The notes under the pieces are model-generated. The model searched no databases and had not been told where the DNA came from. It was given only the letters and a program-made list of their open reading frames with translations. A DNA stretch of 63,750 bases, the filler included, from Collodictyon triciliatum (taxonomy: Eukaryota): assembly GCA_043381765.1 (NCBI GenBank). It is 15 parts of 15 records of this genome, joined end to end, with 100 filler letters (N's around TTAATTAATTAA, not from the genome) between each part and the next. Parts side by side here need not be neighbours in the genome. Positions count along the whole stretch, not along the records: positions 12,455 to 16,505 come from JBHJMP010006551.1; positions 16,606 to 20,656 come from JBHJMP010006552.1; positions 20,757 to 24,805 come from JBHJMP010006553.1; positions 24,906 to 32,321 come from JBHJMP010006554.1; 11 more parts are not named here. One strand, given 5' to 3'. The position numbers and the translations under genes are program-made. Numbering within the stretch: the first letter of the stretch is position 1; every line of letters begins with the position of its first letter. Below are positions 15,965 to 29,204 of this stretch, piece after piece.

Positions 15965-16639
15965 CCGTATGGGCCAGCACGTTATGTGGAAAGGATGGAT
16001 ATGGCATAGATGGGCCTTATGTGGCAAGAGATGGGGACAAAGGTATGGTATCTGAGCAAGGTAGGTAGTTTGGACAGATTCTTTTTTTTTTGTGACGGTG
16101 GGGAAGCAGGAAAGAAGGGTGCTGTGTGTATAGGTAGTTGGGGTGCTATTATAGGACAAACAGTCACTACCGAAAATGGAAGCAGATGGTGTGGCGTGGG
16201 AGGGAAACAAGGGACGCAAGACAGTACATAGGCGGCAGAGAGGGTTACAAGCGAAGAAGCGCAGCATATCGAAGAAGGTGATGAAGCAAAGGTAAGGAAG
16301 CAAAGGCGGTGAAGTAAGAGACACGGGTGCATGGTGTGGAAGGTAGATGGGAACAAGGGATAAAGTGCAAATATATGGCAATTGGTGTGTTGATTGATGT
16401 GGATTAATGAGAATATGTGCAGATTGATTTGGATAGAGTAGAAATGATGAGAAACTCTCAGAATTATGCAAATAAATGTGAATTGATTTGAGTTGGTGGG
16501 AAATGNNNNNNNNNNNNNNNNNNNNNNNNNNNNNNNNNNNNNNNNNNNNTTAATTAATTAANNNNNNNNNNNNNNNNNNNNNNNNNNNNNNNNNNNNNNN
16601 NNNNNATTCGAGAAATTAGTATTTATGATATGTTAATAT

Positions 16640-17015
16640 TGTGATACGAGGATATATGAGTGTTTTGTGATTCGAGAATATATGAGTGTTTTGTGATTCG
16701 AGAATATATATAAGTATTTTGTGATTCGAATATATATAAGTATTTTGTGATTCGAATATATATAAGTATTTTGTGATTCGAAAATATATAAGTATTTTGT
16801 GATTCGAGAATATATGAGTATATTGTGATTCGAGAATATATGAGTATATTGTGATTCGAGAATATATGAGTATATTGTGATTCGAGAATATATGAGTATT
16901 TTGTGATTCGAGACTATATGAGTATTTTGTGATTCGAGAATATATGAGTATTTTGTGATTCTAGAATATGCAAATTTTGTAATGAAAAAAAATGCAGATG
17001 TTGTGATTCGAAAAT
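16640..17015. repeat. Minisatellite with a unit of about 26 nt (GTGATTCGAGAATATATGAGTATTTT), about a dozen degenerate copies
   Basis: Tandem units with small variations in the AT run and no unique spacers. Confidence 0.9.
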
Positions 17016-17799
17016 ATACAGGTGCTTTGTATCATATGAGTCATGTCAATCACCCTAATCAATTATTATTATTATTTTTTGTGTGTGTTGAGTCCTTTTA
17101 TCCGTACAATATTCCAATGTCTGAATGCTCTTTCTCACCTACTTTTAAATGTATGTTTTCCAAATTAATATTACATATATTGTTAGCACTGCAAGGTGAC
17201 AGAACCGCATGCTAACGAGTTTTCCATTGAGTTTCTTTTCTTTCTCGGCTATTCTTAACTGACACTGGATTAAATATCATTCAGTCAGCTACCATGGTGA
17301 TTTTTTTCCGTTAACTGGGTTAGAATAACGCGTCTATTCGCCAACACGCGAACTTCGATCGCATCGCGATTGTACTCGGTTTAACGTCTGATTGAATAAG
17401 GAAAGCTGTAAAATCTAATGTTGTACCATAGTGAGCTGAGCGTTTTCTAGTGCCACCACCAGTATGGAAAGAATTTTTATTATGATTCTCCTACACGAGA
17501 ATGTAGTCCTGATTATTAATTTATTGATTTTTATTTAAGAAAAAAAAAAAGGAACAATTATACATGCCAAAATAATCAAGAAGCTAGATAATACATAAAG
17601 ATTGGTAAATAATGCGCTAAATTACACATCGACGCGTTCCTAAATGATGAGCTTAAAGAAGAAAAGGACTGGTACGGTGTTTAAGCGTTTCAATGTGTAC
17701 AAACATTCGAAATGTGTTCCAATTACGCAATTTGATTTTATTGTCTTTTCAGGGTTCTAGACAAGACCTCAATAATAGCTTCACGGTTAGACGAAAATA

Positions 17800-18647
17800 C
17801 TATAAAGTTTCTCCTATGAACGTGTAAGTCTTTTGGATATAGAAAAGAATATACCTAGTGAGGTTTTTTTTTTTTTAAAAAAAAAGTTAAATGTTTATTT
17901 GTGAATGAAATTCCGTTAGATATTGTCTTCATAAATCAATCTTTCGTAATTCTGAGGTATACTAATACTAATAACGACAATAATAAATTGCCAAGTTACT
18001 GAGTGATACAATTTTCTTTTCAAAAAACATGTCTGACTTACGCCTCTACATTCATGACCTCTTCAACACTCGCTGGAGTAATCACCGAATCGTCACACCG
18101 AAACCAAAAGTAATCTTTACGAACGTAAGACACATAGTGTCCTTTGTGCATACCCCCCTGCCAAAATGGATCGGAGGAAAATAAAACAAAATGTATTTAA
18201 CATGGCTGAAAATTTATTTCGATTTGTTATTGATATTTAGAATTTATATCATATTATTTTTCCTCTGAAAAATGAAAAAAAAAAAAGTGGCGTCTCGCGT
18301 GATTGATTGATGATTATCACATCTAAGAAAAAAAAATGCTAATTGGAACCTTGTGGCTAATAACAGAAAACAACTCATATAGATACTCATTATCTACTGG
18401 TATTTGCTGGCCCTTCGCCGAGGATTTTGTTTGATGTCTCCGACTAACAGAGCAATATGCATTTTAAAGTATTCAGAAGATATTATTGGAATGAAATGGA
18501 ATGATTTTTTTCCTTCAAAAAACTTAAACGAAGATACCATACTCTATGATTGAAGATGCAATATATGGCCGAACATCAAGGATAATAGGGAACGATATAA
18601 AACGTTGAATTTTTGAAAATTGCCGACCATTTGCATCTGTTTCAAAT

Positions 18648-18693
<46 letters not shown>

Positions 18694-20516
18694 ATTTTTT
18701 TTTTTTTTTTTTTTTTATCAAATGAAAACTATTATTATCTTGTCCAATTAGGAAATAATTGATAACAGCTGCTTAACAGTGCAAGTATAAACAACCTTTA
18801 GGTGTAAGGTAAGAACCAGCGGTAGAGTTCTTAAGGACAATTGTTTGACTGACTCTCGAATGCACATGCACTTTTCGCATTTCAGTTTCATGTCGACATC
18901 TAATTGCTCTGGTTTGGTGAACCTAACAATTTAACAAGGTATCATATAATATGCAATCTAGGAAAGCTATCATTTTCATAAAACTAAGAAGATGAAGGGG
19001 TTTCTTTTGTTCTCATTTGGTTGTATGTTAGTTTCTTTATACATCTATTTGCTTACTTATTCTGAGTGAATTATAAAAAGGGGTACTTTTTTTTTTAAAA
19101 AAAAAACATTAATACATTGGTTATTTTGCTAAATTTACCTGTCAAGACAATCTCCCAATGAATTAAATGTTTGCTGTATTTGGTCGCCATCACTTCCAGT
19201 ATCTGGTCGGCAAGTGATTCACTCAAATTAGATTTCAGTTGAATAACAACCCCTTGTTATATTTTTTCCCCTTTATACGGTTCAAAGAAAAACTCTTGGA
19301 ATATTTTAATTCATTTCGACATGAAAGATAGTAAGGAAAGGTGTCTCAATTACCTTGGCAAGATGAGCTAAGATCTAATGAAATATCAAAAAACGGGTCG
19401 ACCACCGTAGAGACATTATTGCATTTTGTACATATGACATCAGAACGCAAGTCTCCCCCGAAAACTTTGTGTATTATGCAACTGCAATTTGCCAGTGTTC
19501 CTGTATCAACTTGATTTTACCATAGTACATGGATCTGCATTTGCTCTTTTTCATAACAACATATTTCTTGGTTTATTTTTCACGCATATGTATATATCTA
19601 GTGGAAAGCTAGAGTCACTTCAGAATCAACCGATACACTTTACCTTGGTTATGGCTGTGCAGAGAGTCAAGCACAGAAATGAAAAATTCATGAGCATCCT
19701 GCTGCTCATATCCAGCCAAACGATCCCATAAGCGCCACATTTTGTGGAGAAAATCCGATGGTGTATATGGAATTTTTTGACCAGAGTATAGCTACCAGCC
19801 AAATCTCATATTAAATGCTAGTGGAAGGTCTCATTCCAACATGATTCGCATGGTCTTCTTTATTTTTTCTTTATCAAAAGGCTTTCCATTCTTATTGGCT
19901 TAAACATACCTGGGTGTACAATGTATCCAACGCACACGCCATACAATTTGACTTGACCTCACCTTCAATAGTACTTAAGCTACATGATCTGGATAAAAGT
20001 ATATGATTGAGAATGAACTGAGGTTCCTGTAATTGTTAAAACAATACCTTATTTTTCATCAATATCGTAGGATATATTGGAAAAAATTGAAAAGTATGAA
20101 CGGTTGCCTGACTTTGGGTTATGCATATCTCCTAGAAAGTAATTGCGAAGCAAAGGATTGTGAGCGAGTGATTGCAAGACACAATTCATAAAGCATGTGT
20201 TCCCCATATTGTTAAGTCCACGAAGACCTATTTTATATATGAAAATTACCCCATAGCGATTTTATAATACATTTTCATAAAATAAATAAAAGAAGCATGT
20301 TCCAAATGATGTTAGATGATGAATCATACTATATATGAATTGCAAATGAACAACAATCTATATCATTGTGATCACAGGATAATTTGGGTGACTATAGTAC
20401 CTTGAGTGTATCTTGATACCTTAACCCTAGTTCCATACTTTGCAATAGCTTCAGAATCGACAGAGGATTCTTTGTAGTCCAGGCGTAAATCTCCAAGACA
20501 AAGGCCTCTCTTTCCT
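17800..20516 (-). CDS. USP22/Ubp8-like ubiquitin-specific protease (catalytic domain, 5' truncated)
   Basis: [66 protein letters not shown], His box [13 protein letters not shown]...WFRCDD, last exon AYILFYIQK...stop at 17800-17802. Confidence 0.92.
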
Positions 20517-20558
20517 ATATGCACAAGTATTATATACAGATTGTAGTTATTATTATCT

Positions 20559-20559
<1 letters not shown>

Positions 20560-20656
<97 letters not shown>
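20560..20656. repeat. (GTA)n microsatellite. Similar simple repeats (GTAT, TTG, TTA, TTTTC, TG, TTTC, CCTTTT) border most contigs
   Basis: Direct tandem arrays at contig breaks. Confidence 0.95.
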
Positions 20657-20949
20657 NNNNNNNNNNNNNNNNNNNNNNNNNNNNNNNNNNNNNNNNNNNN
20701 TTAATTAATTAANNNNNNNNNNNNNNNNNNNNNNNNNNNNNNNNNNNNNNNNNNNNGTATGTATGTATGTATGTATGTATGTATGTATGTATGTATGTAT
20801 GTATGTATGTATGTATGTATGTATGTATGTATGTATGTATGTATGTATGCATTTATGTATTTATGTGTTATTTAGTTATTGGCCCTTTTTGTTCATGATG
20901 TAACTATAAATGTTTTGGTCATCTAATATTAACGCGGTATGTAATATAC

Positions 20950-21488
20950 TTTCTATCTTCGATTTCATCGCCGATTGTGCGGCTCGGTATAATTCTGAGA
21001 TTGGGGTTCTTTAGCTTCTGTGTTGCACTCGGACGCGAACGGTAATACATCTCATTTTTACATTCGTAGGTCGCGTGTCCAACCTTTTTTAAATATAATA
21101 ATGATAATTTATAGTTTTTTTAGTTATTGCTTTGTTATATAATAAACTATATTCATAAACTATATTCATCGAACAAAGGGGGGAAATAAAGTCTATTCAA
21201 ACAATCATGTATGTATTATCAAATGGATCGAGTAAGATATTTTAAAACGACTCGAATAATGTAAATAATTACTGAATGACTCATCGAATAATTTACTTTC
21301 TTATCGGGTAGATATGAATATGTATATGCTAAAGGCTTATGACATGTCATTGACTCCTCAGCTTAGAAAATACAACGAAGCAAAGGAAAATAACGCAACA
21401 GCACAACCACACAAACCTGGTAGCACTTTTGACATTTCTTATCAGCCCTTTGATTTCTACGGCGCATCAGGACATTAAAATCAGTCAT
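20950..21488 (-). CDS. ZCCHC10: ZCCHC10-like zinc-knuckle protein (exons 21417-21488 and 20950-21083; 3' truncated)
   Basis: MTDFNVLMRRRNQRADKKCQKCYQ|VGHATYECKNEMYYRSRPSATQKLKNP matches the CQKC-x-GH-x-TYEC...RPS-x-T signature. Confidence 0.8.
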
Positions 21489-22689
21489 TTTACACCGCCA
21501 CAATGTGAATAAAACACAAAAGTTCGGGTAGGAAATAGGAGGAGCTAAAAAAAAAAAACCAAGAAAAAAAAAGGATTCAAAGAATACAGCAAAGATATCA
21601 CACACGCAAACATAAACATCAAAGCCGAGTTGATTATACGAATGTGACCGAGAAAAAGACTTACGCACGACTCTTGTGTCCGCCAAACCCGACTGTGCGG
21701 CTCGTGGACGATAAGAAGCTCTCGCTCATCAGGGCTTTTTTTCTGTGTTTTCGGCCTCCTGCTTTGTCTGTGATTGCTGCGCCTGATCGTTGCAGATTTG
21801 CGTCAGGTCGTCGAGTAGGTGGTATAATTCATGCAGCGGACATCAGTTTTTCTATGTTGTATTATAAAATATATATATAATGGATATTGCGCTCGCTTAT
21901 TATTCTTTCAGAAATTCTGTTGAGCGTTTTGTGAATGTTTTGTATAATTTCCACATTATAATTTCAATTATATCCATATCTACGCTCTTTCCTTGAATTC
22001 TGGCCACCCAGTTGCGCCCAAATTAGAAAAATCGTCATTCCCCACATCCATTCACGATATTGCGTTGTGATTGCGTAATTCCCTTTTTTTCAACAGTGAG
22101 TTTTTTTTTTGTTACTGCACATACACATTATAGAAACCTATTTTTGTTATTATGAGTTTTTTTTCTTATTCTTTTTCTTTCATTTTCTTTTCTCTTTGTC
22201 TTTGTCTTTGTCTTTGTCTCTTTCGTGGTTCTGTGTCCAAAAGAACCGATCAAAACACGCTCGTGCGACATCAAACTAAACGTGCGACGGAATGACAACG
22301 CGGCGCGAATCAAAAACTCGCAAACAGGCTGCGTTTGTGTGTGTGTTTTATGTTTTATGTTTTTGTGTGTATGTGCGGCTTTGTACGAACCTCGCGCGAT
22401 CGGATCAAAAGTTGTCCTCAACAACTCAACGGACGGCATTAAACACTACTTTTTTATGTTTTTATTTATTTATTTATTATTTATTTGTTTTTTATTTTAG
22501 TTCTGCGGTTCACAAAGTATATTGCTATAGAAATCCAGTTTGCCAACAAGCGAGCCACTTACGCTGTGTTTTTGGCTGCGCTTTGAATATATTTGCATTT
22601 CTTTCCTTTCTGCAAGCGAGGAGGTAGAAGTATCCCTGATCTGTTTATTGCTGTGTGAATCATAGTTACGTTATACCCTTCAGTATGAG

Positions 22690-22748
<59 letters not shown>

Positions 22749-22998
22749 GGGTGCCTTGTGTCAAAGGGCGCTAATTAGTCTTTCATAACCTTCAACGAAG
22801 CCAAATTGACACTGCCTTTCTGTTTCTTATCATTACTTATTTTTTCTTCTTAAACATAATTACTTGTTTTACTTCATCTGCGGTTCCCGGTAGTATTTTG
22901 TCTCTGCCGTAATCTCTTTCATATTCCCTTGCTTCAGCTTCGAGTTACCTACATATGTTTTGTGACTCAATCAAAGCCAACATCCTATTTGACTTTAC

Positions 22999-24760
22999 TT
23001 GCATGTTAAATACGCTATGGCTGCAGCGGCCACCTTTACATTCCTTTTCAACGTGTACTTCACGTTCCGCTCATTACAAAAACACTTCCAATTACACGTG
23101 TCCACTCATTATTCAAACTCCCCCTTTCACACCGTCCTCAAAGCCACTCTCACTTATTGCCAGTCAATAGTTTGCAGTTACCAACGTCGAATTGCCTTGT
23201 TTATTAGCACTTACGAAGTGCTCTTTGGTGGTTCATATCATTAATATTAGTAATTGGTTTGTCTTTAATGACTCTGTCACTAGGAATACACGAAGAGCAA
23301 AAGAAAGGATCAGACTCGACCAGTTTGATAAGACGAAGCAAATTGAAAGCAACATCAAGCGCTTGCAGAATCCAAAGTGTATATCAAAAGAAGGGACTTG
23401 AAAATACACAGCCTCGCATGAATCCTGCCCATTCGGTTAGCTCTTCTCTCTCTTGAACCATTCGCTTTCAATAATTCATTTAATCCCACTTTTCAAACTT
23501 AAGTGTTGATATTAATTATGACAGTTCTGTCAAAACTCTTTTCTATTTCATCAATTACCTCTTCTGACTCTGGGCAAATATGTTTCTCTCTTTCTATCCC
23601 TCCTCCAATAAATATGCATAATAGAATGGTTCTCTTCAAAAGTCAATTTCTTCTGATTTGAAAGAGCTGCCTCCGGCTTTGGCAGTAAAAAAATCCAATA
23701 ATAATCCTTTTGTATACATTTGCAGATTGTGTTTTCGCTCTCAGTTACGTTTATTAGTTTCTTTTCCCCCTTAAACGTTCCACCAAAAAAGTGTTGACTA
23801 TATTTCGTGTTTTTGTTGTCTCTTAGAATTGTCTCAGTAAGTTCGCAGAGTCCATCGACCAAATGAATCACAAATTTGACTCCAGATTGAAGTCTCTAGA
23901 GGCATCTGTAGAAAGGCTTTCTCAAGGTTCTTATGGACTTTGTAAGGATTTCGTAATTTTCAGATTCCCCCCAAATTTTAACAATTATATAATACAATTA
24001 AATAAAACAGCAAGAATTGTGAAATAGTAGCATGGCTTTAAGAATCAAATGACATTTCTATATCTTTATCAATTTATCAATCAGCCTCGTCTCCTATCCA
24101 GCGCGAACCTTCTATTCGAGCGTGAGTATTCCGAAATAATGCGATGTTGATATTTATGAAACAAGCAATAAAATAATACCCAAATTATTCCTCGATTGTC
24201 ATCCCCACAAGAGATGGCAACTCTGCGCCAGTAAACTTCATATGAAATGCAAATATTCAATCTATCATAGAATGAGCGCACCGATTCATATTGAAGCCAT
24301 GTCTACCTCTCCCCTTTATGGACACGAAGAAATTCACAGGTAAGAAGAAAATATAATGTAAAAGTCGGAGTCGAATTAGATCTGCAGCAAAAAGTTCTTA
24401 CATCCATCGGAAAAACCTCCTCTTTTTCCTCGTTATCTCATATTCGATAAAAAATAATAGACATTGTAACTACATATGCCGTATTTGTACCCTTTTAAAA
24501 ATCTAACCATAGAAACAAAGAAACAAATCATATAATCGTCAACGTCAACGTCAACGTCATCATCACAATATCAAAAAATCACAGGCAAATGTCTCGTCGC
24601 AACTCCGTCCACGTTTCACCCGGCCAAGAAAACGCATCCATCACCAACCGCATTCCCGACCCTCCAGCCACACCCGAAAGCATCCACATTCAATTCCAGT
24701 GCGACACATTCGGTTACCAGAACTTCCATAGCTCTTGACTTGTCAGACGCAGAGGATGTT
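22999..24760 (+). CDS. Uncharacterised multi-exon gene with a coiled-coil segment and Ser/Pro-rich exons; boundaries approximate
   Basis: AG/GT-bounded open segments, e.g. about 23826-23941 NCLSKFAESIDQMNHKFDSRLKSLEASVERLSQ; no family recognised. Confidence 0.4.
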
Positions 24761-27700
24761 GTAAGAAAAAAAAGAAAAAAAAGAAAAAAAAAGAAAAAAA
24801 AGAAANNNNNNNNNNNNNNNNNNNNNNNNNNNNNNNNNNNNNNNNNNNNTTAATTAATTAANNNNNNNNNNNNNNNNNNNNNNNNNNNNNNNNNNNNNNN
24901 NNNNNAAAAACAATAAAAAACAATAAAAAAACAATAAAAAACAATAAAAAACAATAAAAAACAATAAAAAACAATAAAAAACAATAAAAAACAATAAAAA
25001 ACAAAGTATTAGAAATTAAATTTGTTTCGGCGCATAGTAAGTTGTGAAGTGAGCTTCAACAAAGCAAAGCGCATATCCAGTGCTGTAATTTCTTGAATAA
25101 CGCTGGAAGAGAATTGCAAAATCAGAAAAAAAAACTGAGTATCCTTTATATCAATCTCAGTAATTTTTGAGCACACAAATTCTTTCTAATCGTGAGTCTT
25201 CATGGCCCAGTATTTTATCTATGGTTCACATAGCTATTTGACTCTGTCTTTGAAAATGCCAAATCCAAGTCCTTCTTATGTCCATATTCAGAAAAGTGTC
25301 CATTTTCAGAAAAGGAACTACAGGAAGACTCAACTCACCGAAACGTACATCCAGCAACTAAATATGATAATTTTGCTCCATATCAATTCCTTCGTTCACA
25401 TATTAGCCAAGAAAATAAAAGGTAAATTATAATGTCCTTACGTTAACATTAAATACTCGCATATTGAAATTATTTTGTGTGATTTAGGGGTTTATCCAAG
25501 GTTTTATCATGTACATATTGTTTGTTTGTTATTTAGGGGTGCTGGAAATGGTATGTATCCATAGACCCATGCCTTGGTATATATAGTACGGTACTTGAGT
25601 GGTATTTGTTCCATATATGGCATGATTGAGGGCTTCTGTTGGAGGACATTCTAGATCGGGCTTTTTTCATTGAATGATGGGGAGAAAAAGACGGATTGGG
25701 AATGAACCACTGCTGAAGTTCGGGGCAAAAGTATTCTATATATTTATATATTATATATCTTATTATAGGGACAAACGGTCGTGTCTATAAATGGAAAAGT
25801 GAGGGCAAAGGGAAAAAAGCGATGCGGCGATATAAGCAATATTATGATTACGATAAATATTAGTGTATTGGTGTGGAAGTCCTGCACCAAAAACCTTAAG
25901 TGTCTTCAAGTTTTTATTATAAATAATGATATCGCGCAAGTATGACTGGATATGGCTGGAGAACTTCTCGCATGCGCATTAATATACAATGGCGAATACA
26001 TGTTGGTGCTATTATAAGGACAAAGACTCTCGTCTATATGGACAGCGAAGAAGGCTGAAAGGGAGCGCGTTGAATTTGCAACGAAGCTTGTTCTGTGCGA
26101 TGAGGAGGGCTGATTGGAAAGATATAGCGGAGTTGTTTTTGTTTGTGTCGGTGGTTAGGACATCAACAGAATTGCATGGAGAAAAATGAAAGATATTGCA
26201 GGGTAATCGGTTGTTTTTTTTTCTTCCTTTATTTGTTTCAAGAACAGGGTGATTGGATGTTAGATACATGGTATCATGATGAATGGATTTCATATTTTTA
26301 TAAATGCTTATATGGCGTGGTATGAATAGTAAGTAGGATAGGTGAGTGAACTATGCGATGTGAGGTATCAGCAATGAAAATATGAATACTTGTCTGGAGA
26401 CATATATGGTAATTTACAAGTGGCTTATGTTTTAATAATTATGAATTATATATTATGCATAGTATATCAATAAATATCATCATTTTTAATCCACTAGACC
26501 ACTTTTTACATTAAAACGGGGATTTTATCATACAATTATTGCAGCCTAACGGTTTAATCAAAGATGATAGGAGTATGACAGAACTGGTTGGCCGGTATTT
26601 TCATTTTTTTATTTTATGGAAGCGAGGTTCAGAGTGAAGTTGAGAACGAGTTAGATTTAATGGACGATTGAAAGGTATTCTTATGCGCCAATTGTCAATT
26701 TTCTTGAACAGAATAATAGTACTAGCATGAGGAAAAATCAATGTAACATATTTCATACAATAAAATACATAGATAAATGGAAATATGGATTGATATCACT
26801 TTATTGTTCGGATATATCGTATTCAAAATTATGGGAAGGTACGAAATAAAAATGTTTATTTCCAAGGGTTATCATCTCACGAGTTTATAATTATGTATAT
26901 GGGAGAAATGCATTTGAGCTGTGTTTTAATGAATTTAATATATAAATATTTATTTGATAGTAAAGTAAAAGGAATATGGCATAAAGATGTATATCTGTAT
27001 TTCAGATATTTTTACAAAGTATGTGGTGTACAAGTTTATATTATGAACATATTGCCAGCATTTGTATTATTTACATGGATATTGAATGAGTAACTGGAGA
27101 CGAAAAACAGAGATATCAATACAACATGCAAAATAGAGAGGGATACTCAATAGCGAAGAATCATACAATAATATGTAGATAATTTTTTTTTTGGATATCT
27201 CCCAACCCAAACGTTTCCGTCTATTATTGTTCGAAATCGAAAAGGATTCAGAATGACGAATATATCATCGAGTAATTATGTCAATAGCTGTTTCATTACG
27301 AGTGATATAAAAGAAGCGAAAAATTGATAATGCAGCTGTTGAAAAAAAAAAAACACACGAATTTCTGCATATTGGCCGTTTCATTATTTTCTTTTATTTT
27401 TGAAAATGAAATATAATAATATATTTAAGATGATTTAAGTTTATCTGGAGCATGAAAATCGTGTCTGTTCAATAGCAAATTGTATTTGATATATTTTCGC
27501 AAAATAAAGTTATAGCAAATAAAAAAATCAATTCAAGATGTATTTGGTTTTTGTTGATTATACACATGAACCATTTAAAATGAAAAATGGATAATTGAAA
27601 GATAGAATGCAGGCAATGAGTTTATTGGATAAAACGAACTGGGAAAGTAAAGCTGTTAGAAGATACCATTTTTGTTTTCTGCATAAAACTAATGATACCA

Positions 27701-28519
27701 AATGTATATGTATGATATTTTGAGTATAATAGTATCCGCATATGGGTGAATGCAGGATTTCAACTGAATCAGATCTAACCCAAGATGAATCAGCATTTTT
27801 TTTCGAGCAGATCTGATTCTAGCGGCGGTCGATGCCCTTCCACGAAAGACTACGAACACTGTTGTGAGAATGAAGACAGAAAGTAAATCATAGACGACTA
27901 TTAAGCATTCATCTTCATTTTGCATTGAGGTGGTTGTTTTTTTGGTTGGCTTATTATAACCCAATTTAAAAAACGAGTTGATATAAACAGTTTACACTTG
28001 TCCGAAACATAGTAACCAGCCTGCGGAGTTCATAATCTCATGAATAAAAGTTTATTTTGTTTTTGACAATATGATATGTGAAATATTCAGGATAATACTA
28101 TTTGAAGTTGGTAAGCGAAGCCATGAGCGATTGTGTGATTTGGTATTACACACATCGATCTGTAATATTCCTTAAAGTAAAGTCTGGTATGACATTAATG
28201 CAGAACAGTTGTATTACTCATTACATGCGACTTGAAGTGCGTTTTTTTTTATTAATAATATATTTCATACTCCCCATATTCGATTGCGTCTTTTAAGTTT
28301 TCTTCCAATGTAACTATTTGATTATATGAGGAAAAAAAAGGTTGGTTCGCATAGCTGGATAAAAAAAAGTCTATTTAATTTTCTGTTTGATTTTATTCGG
28401 TGATTTGATTTCATCTTGAAGAATGGCTTCAGAAAGCAGTGATTTTGATATTTGTGCTCATGATTGGTTTCATGGCAATCAGGGAAAAAGAAAAGAAAAT
28501 GAGGATGAAGGTGGAAAGG

Positions 28520-28796
28520 TCAAGTGCACTTTGCGATATTGATCAATTTCATAATCATTCTGGCTTGGAAAGGAGTACGGTTGAGTGGGGCTGACATAAG
28601 GTCTTCTTCATTAAGACTCACGAAGTCCTTACCAGTGACATCGTTTTCTCTGCATAAAGCGCAGAAGCTTGGACTGACGTTTTGGCTTTGAAGATACGCA
28701 ACAAGTTCTTCTGTACTCATGGCCTTAACTGATTTATCTTCAAGCAAAGGTAAGTGAATTTCATGACTTGAGGATGTGGCTTGCTGTTGTTGTGTT

Positions 28797-28894
<98 letters not shown>

Positions 28895-29165
28895 CTTGTG
28901 ACCAAAGCATCCTAAAGTACTCGAAATTAGATTATACGAATGTATAATTAAAGAAANNNNNNNNNNNNNNNNNNNNNNNNNNNNNNNNNNNNNNNNNNNN
29001 NNNNNNNNNNNNNNNNNNNNNNNNNNNNNNNNNNNNNNNNNNNNNNNNNNNNNNNNNNNNNNNNNNNNNNNNNNNNNNNNNNNNNNNNNNNNNNNNNNNN
29101 NNNNNNNNNNNNNNNNNNNNNNNNNNNNNNNNNNNNNNNNNNNNNNNNNNNNNNNNNNNNNNNNN

Positions 29166-29204
<39 letters not shown>

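Noticed and set aside
16640-17015. CRISPR-like periodic array
   Set aside because: Units are contiguous with no unique spacers, there are no cas genes and the context is eukaryotic; it is a minisatellite.
25139-25147. Perfect GTATCCTTT U12 donor motif on the + strand
   Set aside because: No + strand exon precedes it; the nearby exon-like sequence is on the minus strand.
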